From the human T2T-CHM13v2.0 reference genome, Homo sapiens: a stretch of 64,000 bases of DNA. The number at the start of each line of letters is the position of its first letter. Position 1 is the stretch's first letter. The position numbers were made by a program, and so were the translations under genes. The notes beneath the pieces are model-generated. The model was not told where the DNA came from. It did no database searches and saw nothing but the letters and a program-made list of their open reading frames with translations. The DNA is taken from assembly GCF_009914755.1 (NCBI RefSeq), contig NC_060929.1, one strand, 5' to 3'. Shown one piece after another: positions 14,701 through 29,200 of this stretch.

Positions 14701-17700
14701 AACTTCCTTGTGTTGTGTACATTCAACTCACAGAGTTGAACGTTCCCTTAGACAGAGCAGATTTGAAACACACTTTTTGTGCAATTGGCAAGTGGAGATT
14801 TCAAGCGCTTTAAGGTCAATGGCATAAAAGGAAATATCTTCGTTTCAAAACTAGACAGAATCATTCCCACAAACTGCGTTGTGATGTGTTCGTTCATCTC
14901 ACAGAGTTTAACCTTTCTTTTCATAGAGCAGTTAGGAAACACTCTGTTTGTAAATTCTGTAAGTGGATATTCTGACATCTTGTGGCCTTCGTTGGAAACG
15001 GGATTTCTTCATATTCTGCTAGACAGAAGAATTCTCAGAATCTTCCTTGTGTTGTGTGTATTCAACTCACACAGTTGAACGATGGTTTACACAGAGCAGA
15101 TTTGAAACACTCTTTTTGTGGAATTTGCAAGTGGAGATTTCAGCCGCTTTGAGGTCAATGGTAGAAAAGGAAATATCTTCGTATAAAAACTAGACAGAAT
15201 GATTCTCAGAAACTTCTTTGTGATGTGTGCGTTCAACTCACAGAGTTTAACCTTTCTTTTCATAGAGCAGTTAGGAAACACTCTGTTTGTAAACTCTGCA
15301 AGTGGATATTCAGACCTCTTCGAGGCCTTCGTTGGAAACGGGATTTCTTCATACTGTGCTAGACAGAAGAATTCTCAGTAACTTCCTTGTGTTGTGTGTA
15401 TTCAACTCACAGAGTTGAACGATCCTTTACACAGAGCAGACTTGGAACACTCTTTTTGTGGAATTTGCAAGTGGAGATTTCAGCCGCGTTGAGGTCAATG
15501 GTAGAAAAGGAAATATCTTCGTATAAAAACTAGACAGAATGATTCTCAGAAACTCCTTTGAGATGTGTGTGTTCAACTCACAGAGTTTAACCTTTCTTTT
15601 CATAGAGCAGTTAGGAATCACTCTGTTTGTAAAGTCTGCAAGTGGATATTCAGACCTCTTTGAGGCCTTCGTTGGAAACGGGTTTTTTTCATATAAGGCT
15701 AGACAGAAGAATTCCCAGTAACTTCCTTGTGTTGTGTGTGTTCAACTCACAGAGTTGAACTTTCATTTACACAGAGCAGATTTGAAACACTCTTTTTGTG
15801 GAATTTGCAAATGGAGATTTCAAGCGCTTTGAGGCCAAAGGCAGAAAAGGAAATATCTTCGTATAAAAACTAGACAGAATCATTCTCAGAAACTGCTCTG
15901 CGATGTGTGCGTTCAACTCTCAGAGTTTAACTTTGCTTTTCATTCAGCAGTTTGGAAACACTCTGTTTGTAAAGTCTGCACGTGGATAATTTGACCACTT
16001 AGAGGCCTTCGTTGGAAACGGGTTTTTTTCATGTAAGGCTAGACAGAAGAATTCTCAGTAACTTCCTTGTGTTGTGTGTATTCAACTCACAGAGTTGAAC
16101 GATCCTTTACACAGAGCAGACTTGTAACACTCTTTTTGTGGAATTTGCAAGTGGAGATTTCAGCCGCTTTGAAGTCAAAGGTAGAAAAGGAAATATCTTC
16201 CTATAAAAACTACACAGAATTATTCTCAGAAACTCCTTTGTGATGTGTGCGTTCAACTCACAGAGTTTAACCTTTCTTTTCATAGAGGAGTTAGGAAACA
16301 CTCTGTTTGTAAAGTCTGCAAGTGGATATTCAGACCTCTTTGAGGCCTTCGTTGGAAACGGGTTTTTTTCATATAAGGCTAGACAGAAGAATTCCCAGTA
16401 ACTTCCTTGTGTTGTGTGTGTTCAACTCACAGAGTTGAACTTTCATTTACACAGAGCAGATTTGAAACACTCTTTTTGTGGAATTTGCAAGTGGAGATTT
16501 CAAGCGCTTTGAGGACAAAGGCAGAAAAGGAAATATCTTCGTATAAAAACTAGACAGAATCATTCTCAGAAACTGCTCTGTGATGTGTGCGTTCAACTCT
16601 CAGAGTTTAACTTTTCTTTTCATTCAGCAGTTTGGAAACACTCTGTTTCTAAAGTCTGCACGTGGATAATTTGACCACTTAGAGGCCTTCGTTGGAAACG
16701 GGTTTTTTTCATGTAAGGCTAGACAGAAGAGTTCTCAGTAACTTCCTTGTGTTGTGTGTATTCAACTCACACAGTTGAACGATCCTTTACAGAGAGCAGA
16801 CTTGTAACACTCTTTTTGTGGAATTTGCAAGTGGAGATTTCAGCCGCTTTGAAGTCAAAGTAGAAAAGGAAATATCTTCCTATAAAAACTAGACAGAATG
16901 ATTCTCAGAAACTCCTTTGTGATGTGTGCGTTCAACTCACAGAGTTTAACCTTTCTTTTCATAGAGCAGTTAGGAAACACTCTGTTTGTAAAGTCTGCAA
17001 GTGGATATTCAGACCTCTTTGAGGCCTTCGTTGGAAACGGGTTTTTTTCATATAAGGCTAGACAGAAGAATTCCCAGTAACTTCCTTGTGTTGTGTGTGT
17101 TCAACTCACAGAGTTGAACTTTCATTTACACAGAGCAGATTTGAAACACTCTTTTTGTGGAATTTGCAGGTGGAGATTTCAAGCGCTTTGAGGCCAAAGG
17201 CAGAAAAGGAAATATCTTCGTATAAAAACTAGACAGAATCATTCTCAGAAACTGCTCTGCGATGTGTGCGTTCAACTCTCAGAGTTTAACTTTTCTTTTC
17301 ATTCAGCAGTTTGGAAACACTCTGTTTGTAAAGTCTGCACGTGGATAATTTGACCACTTAGAGGCCTTCGTTGGAAACGGGTTTTTTTCATGTAAGGCTA
17401 GACAGAAGAATTCTCAGTAACTTCCTTGTGTTGTGTGTATTCAACTCACAGAGTTGAACGATCCTTTACACAGAGCAGACTTGTAACACTCTTTTTGTGG
17501 AATTTGCAAGTGGAGATTTCAGCCGCTTTGAAGTCAAAGGTAGAAAAGGAAATATCTTCCTATAAAAACTAGACAGAATGATTCTCAGAAACTCCTTTGT
17601 GATGTGTGCGTTCAACTCACAGAGTTTAACCTTTCTTTTCATAGAGCAGTTAGGAAACACTCTGCTTGTAAAGTCTGCAAGTGGATATTCAGCCCTCTTT

Positions 17701-20250
17701 GAGGCCTTCGTTGGAAACGGGTTTTTTTCATATAAGGCTAGACAGAAGAATTCCCAGTAACTTCCTTGTGTTGTGTGTGTTCAACTCACAGAGTTGAACT
17801 TTGATTTACACAGAGCAGATTTGAAACACTCTTTTTGTGGAATTTGCAAGTGGAGATTTCAAGCGCTTTGAGGCCAAAGGCAGAAAAGGAAATATCTTCG
17901 TATAAAAACTAGACAGAATCATTCTCAGAAACTGCTCTGCGATGTGTGCGTTCAACTCTCAGAGTTTAACTTTTCTTTTCATTCAGCAGTTTGGAAACAC
18001 TCTGTTTGTAAAGTCTGCACGTGGATATTTTGACCACTTAGAGGCCTTCGTTGGAAACGGGTTTTTTTCCTGTAAGGCTAGACAGAAGAATTCCCAGTAA
18101 CTTCCTTGTGTTGTGTACATTCAACTCACAGAGTTGAACGTTCCCTTAGACAGAGCAGATTTGAAACACACTTTTTGTGCAATTGGCAAGTGGAGATTTC
18201 AAGCGCTTTAAGGTCAATGGCAGAAAAGCAAATATCTTCGTTTCAAAACTAGACAGAATCATTCCCACAAACTGCGTTGTGATGTGTTCGTTCATCTCAC
18301 AGAGTTTAACCTTTCTTTTCATAGAGCAGTTAGGAAACACTCTGTTTGTAAATTCTGTAAGTGGATATTCTGACATCTTGTGGCCTTCGTTGGAAACGGG
18401 ATTTCTTCATATTCTGCTAGACAGAAGAATTCTCAGAATCTTCCTTGTGTTGTGTGTATTCAACTCACACAGTTGAACGATGGTTTACACAGAGCAGATT
18501 TGAAACACTCTTTTTGTGGAATTTGCAAGTGGAGATTTCAGCCGCTTTGAGGTCAATGGTAGAAAAGGAAATATCTTCGTATAAAAACTAGACAGAATGA
18601 TTCTCAGAAACTTCTTTGTGATGTGTGCGTTCAACTCACAGAGTTTAACCTTTCTTTTCATAGAGCAGTTAGGAAACACTCTGTTTGTAAACTCTGCAAG
18701 TGGATATTCAGACCTCTTTGAGGCCTTCGTTGGAAACGGGATTTCTTCATACTGTGCTAGACAGAAGAATTCTCAGTAACTTCCTTGTGTTGTGTGTATT
18801 CAACTCACAGAGTTGAACGATCCTTTACACAGAGCAGACTTGAAACACTCTTTTTGTGGAATTTGCAAGTGGAGATTTCAGCCGCGTTGAGGTCAATGGT
18901 AGAAAAGGAAATATCTTCGTATAAAAACTAGACAGAATGATTCTCAGAAACTCCTGTGTGATGTGTGCGTTCAACTCACAGAGTTTAACCTTTCTTTTCA
19001 TAGAGCAGTTAGGAAACACTCTGTTTCTAAAGTCTGCAAGTGGATATTCAGACCTCTTTGAGGCCTTCGTTGGAAACGGGTTTTTTTCATATAAGGCTAG
19101 ACAGAAGAATTCCCAGTAACTTCCTTGTGTTGTGTGTGTTCAACTCACAGAGTTGAACTTTCATTTACACAGAGCAGATTTGAAACACTCTTTTTGTGGA
19201 ATTTGCAAATGGAGATTTCAAGCGCTTTGAGGCCAAAGGCAGAAAAGGAAATATCTTCGTATAAAAACTAGACAGAATCATTCTCAGAAACTGCTGTGCG
19301 ATGTGTGTGTTCAACTCTCAGAGTTTAACTTTGCTTTTCATTCAGCAGTTTGGAAACACTCTGTTTGTAAAGTCTGCACGTGGATAATTTGACCACTTAG
19401 AGGCCTTCGTTGGAAACGGGTTTTTTTCATGTAAGGCTGGACAGAAGAATTCTCAGTAACTTCCTTGTGTGGTGTGTATTCAACTCACAGAGTTGAACGA
19501 TCCTTTACACAGAGCAGACTTGTAACACTCTTTTTGTGGAATTTGCAAGTGGAGATTTCAGCCGCTTTGAAGTCAAAGGTAGAAAAGGAAATATCTTCCT
19601 ATAAAAACTACACAGAATTATTCTCAGAAACTCCTTTGTGATGTGTGCGTTCAACTCACAGAGTTTAACCTTTCTTTTCATAGAGGAGTTAGGAAACACT
19701 CTGTTTGTAAAGTCTGCAAGTGGATATTCAGACCTCTTTGAGGCCTTCGTTGGAAACGGGTTTTTTTCATATAAGGCTAGACAGAAGAATTCCCAGTAAC
19801 TTCCTTGTGTTGTGTGTGTTCAACTCACAGAGTTGAACTTTCATTTACACAGAGCAGATTTGAAACACTCTTTTTGTGGAATTTGCAATTGGAGATTTCA
19901 AGCGCTTGGAGGCCAAAGGCAGAAAAGGAAATATCTTCGTATAAAAACTAGACAGAATCATTCTCAGAAACTGCTCTGCGATGTGTGCGTTCAACTCTCA
20001 GAGTTTAACTTTTCTTTTCATTCAGCAGTTTGGAAACACTCTGTTTGTAAAGTCTGCACGTGGATAATTTGACCACTTAGAGGCCTTCATTGGAAACGGG
20101 TTTTTTTCATGTAAGGCTAGACAGAAGAGTTCTCAGTAACTTCCTTGTGTTGTGTGCATTCAACTCACACAGTTGAACGATCCTTTACAGAGAGCAGACT
20201 TGTAACACTCTTTTTGTGGAATTTGCAAGTGGAGATTTCAGCCGCTTTGA
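8760..20250 (+). repeat. Heterogeneous 18-20-mer HOR variants with ~3.4-kb and ~6.8-kb periodicity
   Basis: C dimers at 8294, 11351, 14748, 18146 and 21545 (spacings 3057, 3397, 3398, 3399). Rare variants are shared at offsets 3397/3398 and 6794/6795. Confidence 0.8.
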
Positions 20251-23200
20251 AGTCAAAGGTAGAAAAGGAAATATCTTCCTATAAAAACTAGACAGAATGA
20301 TTCTCAGAAACTCCTTTGTGATGTGTACGTTCAACTCACAGAGTTTAACCTTTCTTTTCATAGAGCAGTTAGGAAACACTCTGTTTGTAAAGTCTGCAAG
20401 TGGATATTGAGACCTCTTTGAGGCCTTCGTTGGAAACGGGTTTTTTTCATATAAGGCTAGACAGAAGGATTCCCAGTAACTTCCTTGTGTTGTGTGTGTT
20501 CAACTCACAGAGTTGAACTTTCATTTACAAAGAGCAGATTTGAAACACTCTTTTTGTGGAATTTGCAAGTGGAGATTTCAAGCGCTTTGAGGCCAAAGGC
20601 AGAAAAGGAAATATCTTCGTATAAAAACTAGACAGAATCATTCTCAGAAACTGCTCTGCGATGTGTGCGTTCAACTCTCAGAGTTTAACTTTTCTTTTCA
20701 TTCAGCAGTTTGGAAACACTCTGTTTTTAAAGTCTGCACGTGGATAATTTGACCACTTAGAGGCCTTCGTTGGAAACGGGTTTTTTTCATGTAAGGCTAG
20801 ACAGAAGAATTCTCAGTAACTTCCTTGTGTTGTGTGTATTCAACTCACAGAGTTGAACGATCCTTTACACAGAGCAGACTTGTAACACTCTTTTTGTGGA
20901 ATTTGCAAGTGGAGATTTCAGCCGCTTTGAAGTCAAAGGTAGAAAAGGAAATATCTTCCTATAAAAACTAGACAGAATGATTCTCAGAAACTCCTTTGTG
21001 ATGTGTGCATTCAACTCACAGAGTTTAACCTTTCTTTTCATAGAGCAGTTAGGAAACACTCTGCTTGTAAAGTCTGCAAGTGGATATTCAGCCCTCTTTG
21101 AGGCCTTCGTTGGAAACGGGTTTTTTTCATATAAGGCTATACAGAAGAATTCCCAGTAACTTCCTTGTGATGTGTGTGTTCAACTCACAGAGTTGAACTT
21201 TCATTTACACAGAGCAGATTTGAAACACTCTTTTTGTGGAATTTGCAAGTGGAGATTTCAAGCGCTTTGAGGCCAAAGGCAGAAAAGGAAATATCTTCGT
21301 ATAAAAACTAGACAGAATCATTCTCAGAAACTGCTCTGCGATGTGTGCGTTCAACTCTCAGAGTTTAACTTTTCTTTTCATTCAGCAGTTTGGAAACACT
21401 CTGTTTGTAAAGTCTGCACGTGGATATTTTGACCACTTAGAGGCCTTCGTTGGAAACGGGTTTTTTTCCTGTAAGGCTAGACAGAAGAATTCCCAGTAAC
21501 TTCCTTGTGTTGTGTACATTCAACTCACAGAGTTGAACGTTCCCTTAGACAGAGCAGATTTGAAACACTCTTTTTGTGCAATTGGCAAGTGGAGATTTCA
21601 AGCGCTTTAAGGTCAATGGCAGAAAAGGAAATATCTTCGTTTCAAAACTAGACAGAATCATTCCCACAAACTGCGTTGTGATGTGTTCGTTCAACTCACA
21701 GAGTTTAACCTTTCTTTTCATAGAGCAGTTAGGAAACACTCTGTTTGTAAATTCTGTAAGTGGATATTCTGACATCTTGTGGCCTTCGTTGGAAACGGGA
21801 TTTCTTCATATTCTGCTAGACAGAAGAATTCTCAGAATCTTCCTTGTGTTGTGTGTATTCAACTCACACAGTTGAACGATGGTTTACACAGAGCAGATTT
21901 GAAACACTCTTTTTGTGGAATTTGCAAGTGGAGATTTCAGCCGCGTTGAGGTCAATGGTAGAAAAGGAAATATCTTCGTATAAAAACTAGACAGAATGAT
22001 TCTCAGAAACTCCTTTGTGATGTGTGTGTTCAACTCACAGAGTTTAACATTTCTTTTCATAGAGCAGTTAGGAAACACTCTGTTTGTAAAGTCTGCAAGT
22101 GGATATTCAGACCTCTTTGAGGCCTTCGTTGGAAACGGGTTTTTTTCATATAAGGCTAGACAGAAGAATTCCCAGTAACTTCCTTGTGTTGTGTGTGATC
22201 AACTCACAGAGTTGAACTTTCATTTACACAGAGCAGATTTGAAACACTCTTTTTGTGGAATTTGCAGGTGGAGATTTCAAGCGCTTTGAGGCCAAAGGCA
22301 GAAAAGGAAATATCTTCGTATAAAAACTAGACAGAATCATTCTCAGAAACTGCTCTGCGATGTGTGCGTTCAACTCTCAGAGTTTAACTTTTCTTTTCAT
22401 TCAGCAGTTTGGAAACACTCTGTTTGTAAAGTCTGCACGTGGATAATTTGACCACTTAGAGGCCTTCCTTGGAAACGGGTTTTTTTCATGTAAGGCTAGA
22501 CAGAAGAATTCTCAGTAACTTCCTTGTGTTGTGTGTATTCAACTCACAGAGTTGAACGATCCTTTACACAGAGCAGACTTGTAACACTCTTTTTGTGGAA
22601 TTTGCAAGTGGAGATTTCAGCCGCTTTGAAGTCAAAGGTAGAAAAGGAAATATCTTCCTATAAAAACTAGACAGAATGATTCTCAGAAACTCCTTTTTGA
22701 TGTGTACGTTCAACTCACAGAGTTTAACCTTTCTTTTCATAGAGCAGTTAGGAAACACTCTGTTTGTAAAGTCTGCAAGTGGATATTGAGACCTCTTTGA
22801 GGCCTTCGTTGGAAACGGGTTTTTTTCATATAAGGCTAGACAGAAGGATTCCCAGTAACTTCCTTGTGTTGTGTGTGTTCAACTCACAGAGTTGAACTTT
22901 CATTTACAAAGAGCAGATTTGAAACACTCTTTTTGTGGAATTTGCAAGTGGAGATTTCAAGCGCTTTGAGGCCAAAGGCAGAAAAGGAAATATCTTCGTA
23001 TAAAAACTAGACAGAATCATTCTCAGAAACTGCTCTGCGATGTGTGCGTTCAACTCTCAGAGTTTAACTTTTCTTTTCATTCAGCAGTTTGGAAACACTC
23101 TGTTTTTAAAGTCTGCACGTGGATAATTTGACCACTTAGAGGCCTTCGTTGGAAACGGGTTTTTTTCATGTAAGGCTAGACAGAAGAATTCTCAGTAACT

Positions 23201-26200
23201 TCCTTGTGTTGTGTGTATTCAACTCACAGAGTTGAACGATCCTTTACACAGAGCAGACTTGTAACACTCTTTTTGTGGAATTTGCAAGTGGAGATTTCAG
23301 CCGCTTTGAAGTCAAAGGTAGAAAAGGAAATATCTTCCTATAAAAACTAGACAGAATGATTCTCAGAAACTCCTTTGTGATGTGTGCATTCAACTCACAG
23401 AGTTTAACCTTTCTTTTCATAGAGCAGTTAGGAAACACTCTGCTTGTAAAGTCTGCAAGTGGATATTCAGCCCTCTTTGAGGCCTTCGTTGGAAACGGGT
23501 TTTTTTCATATAAGGCTATACAGAAGAATTCCCAGTAACTTCCTTGTGATGTGTGTGTTCAACTCACAGAGTTGAACTTTCATTTACACAGAGCAGATTT
23601 GAAACACTCTTTTTGTGGAATTTGCAAGTGGAGATTTCAAGCGCTTTGAGGCCAAAGGCAGAAAAGGAAATATCTTCGTATAAAAACTAGACAGAATCAT
23701 TCTCAGAAACTGCTCTGCGATGTGTGCGTTCAACTCTCAGAGTTTAACTTTTCTTTTCATTCAGCAGTTTGGAAACACTCTGTTTGTAAAGTCTGCACGT
23801 GGATATTTTGACCACTTAGAGGCCTTCGTTGGAAACGGGTTTTTTTCCTGTAAGGCTAGACAGAAGAATTCCCAGTAACTTCCTTGTGTTGTGTACATTC
23901 AACTCACAGAGTTGAACGTTCCCTTAGACAGAGCAGATTTGAAACACTCTTTTTGTGCAATTGGCAAGTGGAGATTTCAAGCGCTTTAAGGTCAATGGCA
24001 GAAAAGGAAATATCTTCGTTTCAAAACTAGACAGAATCATTCCCACAAACTGCGTTGTGATGTGTTCGTTCAACTCACAGAGTTTAACCTTTCTTTTCAT
24101 AGAGCAGTTAGGAAACACTCTGTTTGTAAATTCTGTAAGTGGATATTCTGACATCTTGTGGCCTTCGTTGGAAACGGGATTTCTTCATATTCTGCTAGAC
24201 AGAAGAATTCTCAGAATCTTCCTTGTGTTGTGTGTATTCAACTCACACAGTTGAACGATGGTTTACACAGAGCAGATTTGAAACACTCTTTTTGTGGAAT
24301 TTGCAAGTGGAGATTTCAGCCGCGTTGAGGTCAATGGTAGAAAAGGAAATATCTTCGTATAAAAACTAGACAGAATGATTCTCAGAAACTCCTTTGTGAT
24401 GTGTGTGTTCAACTCACAGAGTTTAACATTTCTTTTCATAGAGCAGTTAGGAAACACTCTGTTTGTAAAGTCTGCAAGTGGATATTCAGACCTCTTTGAG
24501 GCCTTCGTTGGAAACGGGTTTTTTTCATATAAGGCTAGACAGAAGAATTCCCAGTAACTTCCTTGTGTTGTGTGTGATCAACTCACAGAGTTGAACTTTC
24601 ATTTACACAGAGCAGATTTGAAACACTCTTTTTGTGGAATTTGCAGGTGGAGATTTCAAGCGCTTTGAGGCCAAAGGCAGAAAAGGAAATATCTTCGTAT
24701 AAAAACTAGACAGAATCATTCTCAGAAACTGCTCTGCGATGTGTGCGTTCAACTCTCAGAGTTTAACTTTTCTTTTCATTCAGCAGTTTGGAAACACTCT
24801 GTTTGTAAAGTCTGCACGTGGATAATTTGACCACTTAGAGGCCTTCCTTGGAAACGGGTTTTTTTCATGTAAGGCTAGACAGAAGAATTCTCAGTAACTT
24901 CCTTGTGTTGTGTGTATTCACCTCACAGAGTTGAACGATCCTTTACACAGAGCAGACTTGTAACACTCTTTTTGTGGAATTTGCAAGTGGAGATTTCAGC
25001 CGCTTTGAAGTCAAAGGTAGAAAAGGAAATATCTTCCTATAAAAACTAGACAGAATGATTCTCAGAAACTCCTTTGTGATGTGTACGTTCAACTCACAGA
25101 GTTTAACCTTTCTTTTCATAGAGCAGTTAGGAAACACTCTGTTTGTAAAGTCTGCAAGTGGATATTGAGACCTCTTTGAGGCCTTCGTTGGAAACGGGTT
25201 TTTTTCATATAAGGCTAGACAGAAGGATTCCCAGTAACTTCCTTGTGTTGTGTGTGTTCAACTCACAGAGTTGAACTTTCATTTACAAAGAGCAGATTTG
25301 AAACACTCTTTTTGTGGAATTTGCAAGTGGAGATTTCAAGCGCTTTGAGGCCAAAGGCAGAAAAGGAAATATCTTCGTATAAAAACTAGACAGAATCATT
25401 CTCAGAAACTGCTCTGCGATGTGTGCGTTCAACTCTCAGAGTTTAACTTTTCTTTTCATTCAGCAGTTTGGAAACACTCTGTTTTTAAAGTCTGCACGTG
25501 GATAATTTGACCACTTAGAGGCCTTCGTTGGAAACGGGTTTTTTTCATGTAAGGCTAGACAGAAGAATTCTCAGTAACTTCCTTGTGTTGTGTGTATTCA
25601 ACTCACAGAGTTGAACGATCCTTTACACAGAGCAGACTTGTAACACTCTTTTTGTGGAATTTGCAAGTGGAGATTTCAGCCGCTTTGAAGTCAAAGGTAG
25701 AAAAGGAAATATCTTCCTATAAAAACTAGACAGAATGATTCTCAGAAACTCCTTTGTGATGTGTGCATTCAACTCACAGAGTTTAACCTTTCTTTTCATA
25801 GAGCAGTTAGGAAACACTCTGCTTGTAAAGTCTGCAAGTGGATATTCAGCCCTCTTTGAGGCCTTCGTTGGAAACGGGTTTTTTTCATATAAGGCTATAC
25901 AGAAGAATTCCCAGTAACTTCCTTGTGATGTGTGTGTTCAACTCACAGAGTTGAACTTTCATTTACACAGAGCAGATTTGAAACACTCTTTTTGTGGAAT
26001 TTGCAAGTGGAGATTTCAAGCGCTTTGAGGCCAAAGGCAGAAAAGGAAATATCTTCGTATAAAAACTAGACAGAATCATTCTCAGAAACTGCTCTGCGAT
26101 GTGTGCGTTCAACTCTCAGAGTTTAACTTTTCTTTTCATTCAGCAGTTTGGAAACACTCTGTTTGTAAAGTCTGCACGTGGATATTTTGACCACTTAGAG

Positions 26201-29200
26201 GCCTTCGTTGGAAACGGGTTTTTTTCCTGTAAGGCTAGACAGAAGAATTCCCAGTAACTTCCTTGTGTTGTGTACATTCAACTCACAGAGTTGAACGTTC
26301 CCTTAGACAGAGCAGATTTGAAACACTCTTTTTGTGCAATTGGCAAGTGGAGATTTCAAGCGCTTTAAGGTCAATGGCAGAAAAGGAAATATCTTCGTTT
26401 CAAAACTAGACAGAATCATTCCCACAAACTGCGTTGTGATGTGTTCGTTCAACTCACAGAGTTTAACCTTTCTTTTCATAGAGCAGTTAGGAAACACTCT
26501 GTTTGTAAATTCTGTAAGTGGATATTCTGACATCTTGTGGCCTTCGTTGGAAACGGGATTTCTTCATATTCTGCTAGACAGAAGAATTCTCAGAATCTTC
26601 CTTGTGTTGTGTGTATTCAACTCACACAGTTGAACGATGGTTTACACAGAGCAGATTTGAAACACTCTTTTTGTGGAATTTGCAAGTGGAGATTTCAGCC
26701 GCGTTGAGGTCAATGGTAGAAAAGGAAATATCTTCGTATAAAAACTAGACAGAATGATTCTCAGAAACTCCTTTGTGATGTGTGTGTTCAACTCACAGAG
26801 TTTAACATTTCTTTTCATAGAGCAGTTAGGAAACACTCTGTTTGTAAAGTCTGCAAGTGGATATTCAGACCTCTTTGAGGCCTTCGTTGGAAACGGGTTT
26901 TTTTCATATAAGGCTAGACAGAAGAATTCCCAGTAACTTCCTTGTGTTGTGTGTGATCAACTCACAGAGTTGAACTTTCATTTACACAGAGCAGATTTGA
27001 AACACTCTTTTTGTGGAATTTGCAGGTGGAGATTTCAAGCGCTTTGAGGCCAAAGGCAGAAAAGGAAATATCTTCGTATAAAAACTAGACAGAATCATTC
27101 TCAGAAACTGCTCTGCGATGTGTGCGTTCAACTCTCAGAGTTTAACTTTTCTTTTCATTCAGCAGTTTGGAAACACTCTGTTTGTAAAGTCTGCACGTGG
27201 ATAATTTGACCACTTAGAGGCCTTCCTTGGAAACGGGTTTTTTTCATGTAAGGCTAGACAGAAGAATTCTCAGTAACTTCCTTGTGTTGTGTGTATTCAA
27301 CTCACAGAGTTGAACGATCCTTTACACAGAGCAGACTTGTAACACTCTTTTTGTGGAATTTGCAAGTGGAGATTTCAGCCGCTTTGAAGTCAAAGGTAGA
27401 AAAGGAAATATCTTCCTATAAAAACTAGACAGAATGATTCTCAGAAACTCCTTTGTGATGTGTACGTTCAACTCACAGAGTTTAACCTTTCTTTTCATAG
27501 AGCAGTTAGGAAACACTCTGTTTGTAAAGTCTGCAAGTGGATATTGAGACCTCTTTGAGGCCTTCGTTGGAAACGGGTTTTTTTCATATAAGGCTAGACA
27601 GAAGGATTCCCAGTAACTTCCTTGTGTTGTGTGTGTTCAACTCACAGAGTTGAACTTTCATTTACAAAGAGCAGATTTGAAACACTCTTTTTGTGGAATT
27701 TGCAAGTGGAGATTTCAAGCGCTTTGAGGCCAAAGGCAGAAAAGGAAATATCTTCGTATAAAAACTAGACAGAATCATTCTCAGAAACTGCTCTGCGATG
27801 TGTGCGTTCAACTCTCAGAGTTTAACTTTTCTTTTCATTCAGCAGTTTGGAAACACTCTGTTTGTAAAGTCTGCACGTGGATATTTTGACCACTTAGAGG
27901 CCTTCGTTGGAAACGGGTTTTTTTCCTGTAAGGCTAGACAGAAGAATTCCCAGTAACTTCCTTGTGTTGTGTACATTCAACTCACAGAGTTGAACGTTCC
28001 CTTAGACAGAGCAGATTTGAAACACTCTTTTTGTGCAATTGGCAAGTGGAGATTTCAAGCGCTTTAAGGTCAATGGCAGAAAAGGAAATATCTTCGTTTC
28101 AAAACTAGACAGAATCATTCCCACAAACTGCGTTGTGATGTGTTCGTTCAACTCACAGAGTTTAACCTTTCTTTTCATAGAGCAGTTAGGAAACACTCTG
28201 TTTGTAAATTCTGTAAGTGGATATTCTGACATCTTGTGGCCTTCGTTGGAAACGGGATTTCTTCATATTCTGCTAGACAGAAGAATTCTCAGAATCTTCC
28301 TTGTGTTGTGTGTATTCAACTCACACAGTTGAACGATGGTTTACACAGAGCAGATTTGAAACACTCTTTTTGTGGAATTTGCAAGTGGAGATTTCAGCCG
28401 CGTTGAGGTCAATGGTAGAAAAGGAAATATCTTCGTATAAAAACTAGACAGAATGATTCTCAGAAACTCCTTTGTGATGTGTGTGTTCAACTCACAGAGT
28501 TTAACATTTCTTTTCATAGAGCAGTTAGGAAACACTCTGTTTGTAAAGTCTGCAAGTGGATATTCAGACCTCTTTGAGGCCTTCGTTGGAAACGGGTTTT
28601 TTTCATATAAGGCTAGACAGAAGAATTCCCAGTAACTTCCTTGTGTTGTGTGTGATCAACTCACAGAGTTGAACTTTCATTTACACAGAGCAGATTTGAA
28701 ACACTCTTTTTGTGGAATTTGCAGGTGGAGATTTCAAGCGCTTTGAGGCCAAAGGCAGAAAAGGAAATATCTTCGTATAAAAACTAGACAGAATCATTCT
28801 CAGAAACTGCTCTGCGATGTGTGCGTTCAACTCTCAGAGTTTAACTTTTCTTTTCATTCAGCAGTTTGGAAACACTCTGTTTGTAAAGTCTGCACGTGGA
28901 TAATTTGACCACTTAGAGGCCTTCCTTGGAAACGGGTTTTTTTCATGTAAGGCTAGACAGAAGAATTCTCAGTAACTTCCTTGTGTTGTGTGTATTCAAC
29001 TCACAGAGTTGAACGATCCTTTACACAGAGCAGACTTGTAACACTCTTTTTGTGGAATTTGCAAGTGGAGATTTCAGCCGCTTTGAAGTCAAAGGTAGAA
29101 AAGGAAATATCTTCCTATAAAAACTAGACAGAATGATTCTCAGAAACTCCTTTTTGATGTGTACGTTCAACTCACAGAGTTTAACCTTTCTTTTCATAGA

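Noticed and set aside
13730-14750. Apparent continuation of the 48-kb duplication (offset 48249 to 61980-63000)
   Set aside because: The intervening dimer order and variants differ, and this segment matches 63340-64000 at least as well. It is more likely shared subfamily membership.
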